41,709 bases of DNA, taken from the IMG/VR virus record IMGVR_UViG_3300037851_000280, positions 1 through 41,709 of that record, one strand, 5' to 3'. Positions 35,317 through 41,709 of this stretch are shown here, piece after piece. The position numbers and the translations under genes are program-made. Positions within the stretch are counted from its first letter, which is position 1. Each line of letters starts with the position of its first letter. Below the pieces are notes generated by a model. That model was not told the origin of the DNA, did no database searches, and saw nothing but the letters and a program-made list of their open reading frames with translations. The DNA comes from a virus. Its lineage: Duplodnaviria; Caudoviricetes.

Positions 35317-35633
35317 TGACCACCACCCCACGCAAGACCACAGGCGAGCGCCAACGGGCACGGCGTACCCGCCTTAACGAACTGGCCCGATCGCTCGGCT
35401 ATGATAGCTGGAGCAAGCTGGAGACGGCGGCCCTGCAAGGAGATGTGTTTATGAACCACTACCGATTCGATTTCGTTGTGACCGACATGGGGCAAGAAAT
35501 CCCCCTCAGTTTTGTGGTCCAGGCCGCGTCAACCGACGAAGCGGCTGCCCTGTGGGACGCCCTGCTGAGCGTGTTGCCGGCCGGCCGGGTCGGCGGCGGC
35601 TGGTACGAGGTGCAAGATGAGCCGCAAGAATAG
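35316..35633 (+). CDS. Hypothetical protein, candidate antitoxin/regulator
   Basis: Basic N-terminus RQRARRTRLNELARSLGYDSWSKLETA and acidic C-half; overlaps the HicA start; internal in-frame RBS+ATG at 35451. Confidence 0.5.
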   Translation: MTTTPRKTTGERQRARRTRLNELARSLGYDSWSKLETAALQGDVFMNHYRFDFVVTDMGQEIPLSFVVQAASTDEAAALWDALLSVLPAGRVGGGWYEVQDEPQE

Positions 35634-35862
35634 TCTTCAGGAGTGCAAAACCAGCGGCGACTTCCTGCGCTATGCCGAGCGCCACGGCTGCGCTATCGAG
35701 CGGGGACGGCATACCTGCATTGTTCATAATGGTCACCGCGTGCCCGTCCCGACGCATGGCAACGGCGAACTGTGCAAAGGCACGCGGGCGGCCATTATCC
35801 GGGCGCTGTCGGCTATCGGGCTGGCCGTGGCGGTCATTGCCATGATTGCGGCGATGGGGTAG
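35617..35862 (+). CDS. hicA: HicA-family toxin-like protein with C-terminal hydrophobic tail
   Basis: FLRYAERHGC.IERGRH...RVPVPTHGNGELCKGT..AIIRAL is the HicA dsRBD-fold pattern. Confidence 0.72.
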   Translation: MSRKNSLQECKTSGDFLRYAERHGCAIERGRHTCIVHNGHRVPVPTHGNGELCKGTRAAIIRALSAIGLAVAVIAMIAAMG

Positions 35863-36037
35863 GGGCAACCAACGGCGACAGGATAGCCGACCGCACGGCC
35901 GCCCATTCCTCCATGATGACCGCCATCATCGGGATATTCGAGATGAATAACTCCGCAAGGAACCGGGTCGCAAAGACGTGCTCCTGCGTCTCGCCGTCGT
36001 CAAGCTCCAGGATGACCGAGCAGGGAAGGGTGTAATA

Positions 36038-36337
36038 ATGATTCATGACGTTTATCCGGGCATATCCTTAACCGACACAATCGCGGCCGCGCAAGACGGC
36101 GACACGGTTATAATTCATCCGGGCGAGCATGTCGGGCCGCTGCACCTGAAGAGGTCTATCCGCGTCGAGGGGCGACCGGGGAATGTGGTTCGTGTGCCGC
36201 CCGACATGAGCGGGATTATTGTAGAGCCGTCCGCCACTGGGTCCACGATTGTTGGCGTATATGCGGTGCGCGAACCGTCCCCGGAGCGCCCTTCGGCTAA
36301 CGCCCCCAACTGGAAGAGGATACTCAAAAGTTTGTAG
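36038..36337 (+). CDS. Short beta-helix N-cap protein or fragment
   Basis: SLTDTIAAAQDGDTVIIHPGEHVGPLHLKRSIRVEG is a typical beta-helix (NosD/pectin lyase-like) N-terminus, but the ORF is only 99 aa. Confidence 0.55.
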   Translation: MIHDVYPGISLTDTIAAAQDGDTVIIHPGEHVGPLHLKRSIRVEGRPGNVVRVPPDMSGIIVEPSATGSTIVGVYAVREPSPERPSANAPNWKRILKSL

Positions 36338-36418
36338 CCTCGCGGCTTGCATGGTATCATGTTGAATACATGGGCGCTGATGGTTGCCCGAAGTGGCAAG
36401 ACCGTAGTCCATCGTTCT

Positions 36419-36447
36419 GAAGGCCGGGAGCGCGTTCCCCGGCCTTC
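36419..36447. terminator. GC-rich hairpin at the convergence of the two transcription arms
   Basis: GAAGGCCGGG/CCCGGCCTTC 10-bp stem; no strong U tract. Confidence 0.45.
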
Positions 36448-36479
36448 GCTGTTATACCCGCCTATCGATCCGTTACCGT

Positions 36480-36791
36480 TCATACCAGCTCCAACGCTGA
36501 TAGCGAGTCGTAAACAGGTATGCCCCATGCGGCGGCTTGCGCCGTCTCTTTATCCGCCCCCGGTGAATAACCGGGCAGCCTCAGTATCGCGTCACATACA
36601 CGCAACCATTCCAGGTCAAGGGCCATCCAGAATTCATAATCATGCGGCTTCATCATATGCCAGAAGTGATACAGATGCGGCACAAATGGCACGTGGCCTA
36701 ATGCCGTTAAATGGTCGGCGGCGGCAATTGCGGAGGCGACGTTAACCGCCGGATCTCCTTGAGTGTACGGCCCGGATATGAACACGCGCAT
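36480..36791 (-). CDS. DUF4406/nucleoside 2-deoxyribosyltransferase-like protein
   Basis: RVFISGPYT...PFVPHL...DLEWL..CDAILRLPGYSPGADKE...A...GIPVY; TAATG coupling. Confidence 0.8.
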   Translation of the reverse strand: MRVFISGPYTQGDPAVNVASAIAAADHLTALGHVPFVPHLYHFWHMMKPHDYEFWMALDLEWLRVCDAILRLPGYSPGADKETAQAAAWGIPVYDSLSALELV

Positions 36792-37876
36792 TAGATTATC
36801 TCCCACGCCGGCAACGTTTCGCGCACATTGTCTGGCCTTGCCCCTGGCGCGTGCATCTCGGTAATCGCCGACTTCCCCCATTCGCTGCCCCATGCGATCA
36901 TACCGATGTCGCGGCCGAACCAGTAGCGTTCGCCGTTGGCGTGAACCTCTATCACGTCCGGTATCTGTATCCCGTTGAACACCGCTGAATCATATCGCTT
37001 GACGAACGTCGCCCGGTTGACCGCCGGGCCGCTGTTAGCCGCCGACGGCTGCCCCGTCCGCTTATCGTAAAATTGCACCCGATGACCTGGCCCGGTCCAC
37101 GTCTCGCCCGGTCGCATCCACCGGGGCAACCAACGGGCAAAGTAACTGTCCGGCTCATACTGCACGTAGAACCGGTCGCCGCCGGGCGACGTGTCCAGGC
37201 CGCGATAGATGTGGTCGTCGTCGTAGGCGAATTGCTCCCACTGGCTGTTTTTGGTCAGGTAGAACACCCGTTCCTCTCGTTCGTCTCGTTGCACCTGAAA
37301 GCGCTCGCCCGTGTTGATTTCATAAAGCGGTCCGCGCCGGGCATAACGCGCCGCGCCCATCAGGTAGGGGAGCAGGTCGAGTCGGTCGCCTTGCCCGACG
37401 ATGACCGGCCCGACAGGGACACCCGGCGAAAGCGGCTCAGCTGGGATAGGCGCGGGCGTGACCGGTTGCGCTTCTTCATCTGTGTTACCGAACGTCACCG
37501 ACCAGTACGATTTCCACGGCGTGCCGAGCGCGTAGTAGTAACCGACGCCGATATGCTCCCATACGCCTAGCACCTGCGCCCGGTGGGTCAGGCTGCCCAT
37601 CCACCAATTGAGCATCATAGCCGTGTCGCCATTCCAGCCCCAGCCGACGACTTCGCCCCATTGCGTCCAGATGTACCCGGCGTCCTTCGCTCGCTGGCCT
37701 CCGTCGCGGCCGTCGCTGCCGATGTGGACGAGACCCTCGTGCGCGGCCAGGTCGGCGGCGTGACCATCAGCCGCGCGTGTCAGGCGGCCGTCAACCGTCA
37801 GCGGTGGCAGCCCGTGCCCGCGCCGGGCCGCGTTAATCGCCGCCGTCATACCGGCTTTTTGTTGCCCTGTCGTCAT
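36791..37876 (-). CDS. CAP (SCP) domain protein with Pro-rich linker and uncharacterised aromatic-rich C-terminal domain
   Basis: INAARRGHGLPPL...L.RAA..HA.D....H.GSDG...R...AGY....GE...WWMGS..HRA.VL....IGVG....YW...FG. Confidence 0.85.
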   Translation of the reverse strand: MTTGQQKAGMTAAINAARRGHGLPPLTVDGRLTRAADGHAADLAAHEGLVHIGSDGRDGGQRAKDAGYIWTQWGEVVGWGWNGDTAMMLNWWMGSLTHRAQVLGVWEHIGVGYYYALGTPWKSYWSVTFGNTDEEAQPVTPAPIPAEPLSPGVPVGPVIVGQGDRLDLLPYLMGAARYARRGPLYEINTGERFQVQRDEREERVFYLTKNSQWEQFAYDDDHIYRGLDTSPGGDRFYVQYEPDSYFARWLPRWMRPGETWTGPGHRVQFYDKRTGQPSAANSGPAVNRATFVKRYDSAVFNGIQIPDVIEVHANGERYWFGRDIGMIAWGSEWGKSAITEMHAPGARPDNVRETLPAWEII

Positions 37877-37891
37877 GGTCAATCCCCTTGA

Positions 37892-37921
37892 TTGTACGCG
37901 CATAGCGGCGCATGCTATAAT
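37892..37921 (+). promoter_or_regulatory. Promoter for the antisense HNH gene
   Basis: TTGTAC-18-TATAAT with extended -10 (TGCTATAAT). Confidence 0.6.
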
Positions 37922-38037
37922 ACCTGCAATGAAAAGCCCAGGCGACGCGTTAACGTCCCTGGGCCAGACGACCGATTAGGACGGTCGCAGTCATAGTGTA
38001 CACAACACTCCTGCGACTTGCCACTAAGGAGTATGCT

Positions 38038-38583
38038 ATGACCGTAATCTTTGCCCCCTCTGGACTTCGGACCGCAAGCTATCGAAAACATTGGCCCGCC
38101 CTTGTAAACACCTATGGGCAGGCTTGCTATTATTGTGGCGAATTCGCCACATGCATTGATCACGTTATTCCCGCCTCGTATGGGGGTAGTAACGATTTTG
38201 ATAATCTCGTCTTGTCTTGCGCGCTGTGCAACTTGCTTGCGTCCGATATAGTTTTTGATGATGTGGAGGAAAAGCGGCTTTACATCTTGAAACGTCGCGC
38301 CAAAGGGAACAGGCTTACACGAACCATTTGCACCGATTGTCTTATGCCGTATGAATACAGGGTTGGATCGCCATCCTTGTTTTTGTGTGCCGAGTGCTAC
38401 GATCTGCAACTGGAATGCCCCACATATGCCATGCGTCCTGCATGGCATCGCTGGCTCAAAGAGCTTGAGGCTGCCGATATTCCTGTAGAGATTCATAGAC
38501 AATTACGCGACATGCATTTTTCGTCTCGCGAGCGGAAACTCGTTGCGCTTACTCAGATGATTTTTGTCACAGGCGATTTTTAG
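38038..38583 (+). CDS. Free-standing HNH endonuclease with extra Zn-binding motifs
   Basis: CYYCG...IDHVIP...GGSNDFDNLVLSCALCN, plus CTDC and CAEC; AAGGAG RBS; AT-rich; on the opposite strand to its neighbours. Confidence 0.85.
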   Translation: MTVIFAPSGLRTASYRKHWPALVNTYGQACYYCGEFATCIDHVIPASYGGSNDFDNLVLSCALCNLLASDIVFDDVEEKRLYILKRRAKGNRLTRTICTDCLMPYEYRVGSPSLFLCAECYDLQLECPTYAMRPAWHRWLKELEAADIPVEIHRQLRDMHFSSRERKLVALTQMIFVTGDF

Positions 38584-38657
38584 TTTTTCACCTTTTCGTT
38601 GTTCGTTCGTGATTATTACGCGTCTCTCAGGCCATCCTAAGCAGATTTAGAGGCATT

Positions 38658-38897
38658 CTAGGCGCTGTTGTCAATTGGCGCGTAGCCGCTGATTCGCTTG
38701 GTGACGCCGTTCATCTGCGTTCGGATGACCGTCACATGGCGCATTCGCCCGGCAGCCAGAAGCGACCGGATACGCGCCCGCGCGACCTGGTCGCACACGC
38801 CCCAGACCGCCGCGATCTCGACGGCCGTGTTACCTTCCTCCGCTTCACTGGTACGCGCTTCGTCAAGCAGCGCGAGTAGTTCGTCTTCCGTCCACAT
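38658..38897 (-). CDS. Winged-HTH DNA-binding protein
   Basis: TAVEIAAVWGVCDQVARARIRSLLAAGRM. Confidence 0.65.
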   Translation of the reverse strand: MWTEDELLALLDEARTSEAEEGNTAVEIAAVWGVCDQVARARIRSLLAAGRMRHVTVIRTQMNGVTKRISGYAPIDNSA

Positions 38898-39756
38898 TGT
38901 TAGGCTCTCTCCAGTAACCTTCGATGGGCCAATCGTGATACCGTTTGACCACCTCATAGCGGCCGTTGTCACAGATAACGTAAGCCCCGCCGATGGGCAG
39001 AATGCCGCCGCCCAGCCGGTGGCCGTAGGCCGTGGTCAATTGCCAGGACGGGTTGATGATCACCCGCGTCCTGAATGCGTCGTATGAATCCCCCGGCGCG
39101 TGAACGTGCCCATATATACGCAGGTGTGGCGGGTGCTTGTCGTTGCGATTCTCCCAATCGGCCATCGCCGCCAGCGTCATGGGGAAGTTCGCCCTTGTCC
39201 ACGGCCGCCGACCGCCTCCGCCCGGCGGATGGTGTGACACGTCAAACCGGACGCCGCTAAACTCAGCGCGCAACCGCCACCACGAGTTAACCCGCACCTC
39301 GTTCGACTTGCCGGGATTCTTAAGCACCGACGGCACGGCGCCGAGGTCGTGGGCCGTCGCCTCATCGAGTGCAGAGCTTAGCCCGGTGTGGGCTTCCGTG
39401 CCCCGCGTGATGAAAAGCCTATCCCCCTCTCTCATCAAGCTTGTTGCCGGCTCCAGCGCCTGGGCGACCATGCGCTGAATATCGGCCGGGTTGCGCGTGA
39501 CAAGTTGCCCCGTCGGATGGTGGTTATTGTCGCCCGTCTCGCCGTTGATGATGATGACCAGCCGCGCCCCATGCGCGTCTCGCCGTTCCTTGACCTCAGT
39601 CCAGAAGTCTAACCAATGTCGCCATATCCATCGCTGTTGACTGCTTGCCCGGTACGTGCCGCCGTCGTCAAGGTTGACAACCGGCGGCGATAGCGCGACG
39701 GTCGAGTTGATGTGCAAGTCCCCGACCAGCGCTACGACCGCTGGTTGGGTGGTCAT
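38863..39756 (-). CDS. Calcineurin-like metallophosphoesterase
   Basis: GDLH, NGETGD, GTEAH, SHH and GHVH motifs. Confidence 0.82.
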   Translation of the reverse strand: MTTQPAVVALVGDLHINSTVALSPPVVNLDDGGTYRASSQQRWIWRHWLDFWTEVKERRDAHGARLVIIINGETGDNNHHPTGQLVTRNPADIQRMVAQALEPATSLMREGDRLFITRGTEAHTGLSSALDEATAHDLGAVPSVLKNPGKSNEVRVNSWWRLRAEFSGVRFDVSHHPPGGGGRRPWTRANFPMTLAAMADWENRNDKHPPHLRIYGHVHAPGDSYDAFRTRVIINPSWQLTTAYGHRLGGGILPIGGAYVICDNGRYEVVKRYHDWPIEGYWREPNNVDGRRTTRAA

Positions 39757-40043
39757 CCAGGCCCGCCTTCCGTATCCGGCGCTTCTGGCGCAAAGTACCG
39801 GATACCGGCAAGCCGCCCCATTTTGTAGGCCGCGACGAGGATCAGCAGGATGTCCTCTTGCAGCACCTTCATTGTCACGTTTGTTGCTTCCAGGCTACGC
39901 ACGGCCGCCAGCCATGACATATCAACTAGGCCCGGTATGTCTTCGGACTGAGGGCCAGGCGGTCGCGTGTAGAGTTCTACCAGTCGCCCGCCGCGCGCGA
40001 GCACAGACCTGACCGACGGGTCGTTACCCCCGTTCTTTCCCAC
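39753..40043 (-). CDS. Hypothetical protein
   Basis: 96 aa, GGGGA RBS, ATGA overlap. Confidence 0.5.
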   Translation of the reverse strand: MGKNGGNDPSVRSVLARGGRLVELYTRPPGPQSEDIPGLVDMSWLAAVRSLEATNVTMKVLQEDILLILVAAYKMGRLAGIRYFAPEAPDTEGGPG

Positions 40044-40056
40044 GTTATCCCCCGTT

Positions 40057-40086
40057 ATGAAAAGGGGCGGGTTATTCGCCCGCCCC
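40057..40086 (-). terminator. Intrinsic terminator after holin
   Basis: GGGGCGGG/CCCGCCCC stem followed by TTTTCAT. Confidence 0.65.
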
Positions 40087-40092
40087 GGTTGC

Positions 40093-40335
40093 CTACCGAT
40101 TTTCGCTGAGAAGCGTTGTCTCTTTCAGGCTCGTTCTACTCTGCGTATACGTCTTTGCCACTTGCCCGATGACAATGGGCACGACCACGGCCGCAACCGC
40201 CAGAATCAGCCCGGCCCACAGGTCGGCTTCTTCCTGGCTGAGCAGTTGGTACGCCACAAATAGCGGCATGGCTGCCGCGAGCACGGTTACGACCGCGCTA
40301 AGCCAAAATTCTGTCGTCTTATATCCCGGTTCCAT
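40093..40335 (-). CDS. Holin
   Basis: PGYKTTEFWL start, two TM helices, Y..SR..K tail; AAGGAG RBS. Confidence 0.75.
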   Translation of the reverse strand: MEPGYKTTEFWLSAVVTVLAAAMPLFVAYQLLSQEEADLWAGLILAVAAVVVPIVIGQVAKTYTQSRTSLKETTLLSENR

Positions 40336-40352
40336 AATGATCTCCTTTCCGG

Positions 40353-40670
40353 CTATAGTGCCGGTTCTACTACCCAGGCTGTTTGTAATGTGCGCTCTAT
40401 GGATGAATCGCCATAGGTCGCCGTAAACTGAACGTAGTACTCGCCGGCCGTGGCGACATCGGCCGCGCTGTACGTCCAGTCGAAGATGCCCGACTCAGCC
40501 GTGACCAGCGCCAGCGTGCCGGTGACAGCCGTCGTTGTGCCGGTTGCGATATTGCGGCGGCTTGCCGTGATCGTCGCCCCGGTCAGGTTGACCGCCGTCC
40601 CGTCGCTATCCGACCATGTAATGCGTTGCGGCGTGTGCGTCGCGCCTTGCACCACGTTAGCCAATGCCAT
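40353..40670 (-). CDS. BppU-N-like baseplate/fibre adaptor protein
   Basis: QGAT...DSDGTAVNLTGATI...G...WTYSAADVATAGEYYVQF.ATY motif. Confidence 0.7.
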   Translation of the reverse strand: MALANVVQGATHTPQRITWSDSDGTAVNLTGATITASRRNIATGTTTAVTGTLALVTAESGIFDWTYSAADVATAGEYYVQFTATYGDSSIERTLQTAWVVEPAL

Positions 40671-40682
40671 AGCCGCCTCCGC

Positions 40683-41072
40683 TTAGTCTAGCGTTACGTC
40701 CAATTCGCCAATCGCAAAACTGGCCGTATCGCCGCTGCCCACCGTCTTGCTTGCCGATAGCGCGCCCCAGTAGAGCAGGTTGCCGGACGTGGACGCATCG
40801 AAAACGCCGAAGTGCGTCACCGTGCCCCATGAGCCGGTAGCCGTCGGAAAGGTAATCGCTGCATCATTGCTCATTGTCGTTCCGGACGCCGCACCAAACT
40901 TGGCACTTGCGTCCACCCGCGCATACGAGCCGCCGCTAACTTCTGTACCACCCCCGGCGTCAGTCGGCGCAGCCGTGTACAGTCCCACATACGGCGTCGG
41001 CGCGGTATAGCCGCCGTTGCCGCCGATGTGGTCAAGTAGCTCTTGTTGAAGAAAAGTCGTAAACCCTGCCAT
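40683..41072 (-). CDS. Phage minor tail/fibre protein
   Basis: YVGLYTAAPTDAGGGTEVSGGSYAR...ITFPTATGSWGTVTHFGVFDASTSGNLL; paralogous to the C-terminus of 1437-2516. Confidence 0.78.
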   Translation of the reverse strand: MAGFTTFLQQELLDHIGGNGGYTAPTPYVGLYTAAPTDAGGGTEVSGGSYARVDASAKFGAASGTTMSNDAAITFPTATGSWGTVTHFGVFDASTSGNLLYWGALSASKTVGSGDTASFAIGELDVTLD

Positions 41073-41084
41073 TGGAAGTACCTC

Positions 41085-41709
41085 CTAATCATTGAGGCGA
41101 CGCAGATCGTCGCCCGCGGTCGCCACTGTTCCTGTAGCGCCGTACTTGTAAACATAGCCCAGGCCGTTACCCGGACCGCCAACATCCCCGCCCGCGTCCG
41201 GGCTGGAAGCGTAGCCGTGATTGTCGGGACTGCCGACGCCGCCGCGTGCCGCGTAGCTGACGACGAATCCCCAGAAGACATCGGACGCCAGAACGTACAA
41301 CGCCGCCGTCGCGCCGGTCGTTGCCGTCGCCGTGCCGGATAGCCCTAACCCTAGCCCCAGCGCGCCGGATGCGCCGGTCGTTGCCGTCGCCGTGCCGGAT
41401 AGCTCGACGATGGTCAAGGACACGTCAAGCGCGCCGGTCGCGTTTGATGTGGCGCTACTGCTACCCGATAGCGGCAGGGCCAGCGCCATAGCGCCGGCCG
41501 CGCTCGATGTGGCGCTACTGCTACCCGATAGCGGCAGGGCCAGCGCCATAGCGCCGGCCGCGCTCGATGTGGCGGCCGATGCGCCGCTTAACCCCACCGC
41601 CAGTACCGCCGCGCCGGTTGCGTTCGATGTGGCCGCCGATGTACCGCTCAGGGCGTAAGCCACCGCCAGCGCGCCGGTCGCGTTTGATGCGGCGGCCGAT
41701 GTGCCGGAT
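41085..41709 (-). CDS. C-terminal part of the 20-aa-repeat virion protein (continues from 1-1436)
   Basis: Open to the window end in the same repeat register (SGTSAAASNATGALAVAYAL...). Confidence 0.85.
   Translation of the reverse strand, partial: SGTSAAASNATGALAVAYALSGTSAATSNATGAAVLAVGLSGASAATSSAAGAMALALPLSGSSSATSSAAGAMALALPLSGSSSATSNATGALDVSLTIVELSGTATATTGASGALGLGLGLSGTATATTGATAALYVLASDVFWGFVVSYAARGGVGSPDNHGYASSPDAGGDVGGPGNGLGYVYKYGATGTVATAGDDLRRLND
41311..41709. repeat. 60-bp coding tandem repeats
   Basis: For example 41446-41505 = 41506-41565 and 41311-41343 = 41371-41403. Confidence 0.85.

Larger units (their letters stand above)
1..41709. mobile_element. Tailed dsDNA bacteriophage genome (Caudoviricetes, siphovirus-like), apparently complete and circularly permuted
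   Basis: Terminase, portal, capsid, tail, tape measure and replication modules with no host genes. Ends overlap: 1-99 = 41608-41706 and 96-222 = 41583-41709. Confidence 0.93.

Noticed and set aside
35834-36046. 70-aa minus-strand ORF between HicA and the beta-helix fragment
   Set aside because: Could be real because it fills a gap, but it overlaps both neighbours and lacks a clear RBS; not enough support to call.
36376-36413. Hammerhead ribozyme-like CTGATG...GTC
   Set aside because: The core is CUGAUGG rather than CUGANGA, and the required GAAA is missing.
37915-38502. 195-aa minus ORF collinear with the late genes
   Set aside because: Antisense to a clear HNH gene; no recognisable motifs.

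Overview
Apparently complete, circularly permuted genome (~41.5-41.6 kb) of a GC-rich tailed dsDNA phage with siphovirus-type head and tail genes. The two window ends overlap inside a repeat-rich gene that the ORF track misses. Back-to-back sigma70-type promoters at ~28.37-28.48 kb split the genome into two arms. The minus arm runs RHH regulator, Prim-Pol/PriCT-2 primase, AAA_25 helicase, iteron/cruciform origin, HNH and VRR-NUC nucleases, terminase, portal, head, tail (two paralogous tube-like genes, -1 frameshift chaperone, tape measure), two large beta-helix receptor-binding proteins and membrane/lysis genes. Across the junction it continues with fibre/baseplate genes, holin, metallophosphoesterase, CAP-domain protein and DUF4406-like protein. 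The plus (early) arm carries a SWIM protein, probable SSAP, minimal PolX, MT-A70 methyltransferase, Mom-like modifier and a HicA-like operon. I found no integrase, CI-type repressor, tRNA, CRISPR array or canonical endolysin. Most notable: a membrane-anchored protein ending in an EAD7-like (death-like adaptor) domain that could be a decoy of host defence, a CAP-domain protein that may serve as endolysin, a HicA with a hydrophobic tail, and several structured intergenic RNA candidates. A Chloroflexota host is inferred, not shown. All family calls are motif recognition by eye, not database searches.
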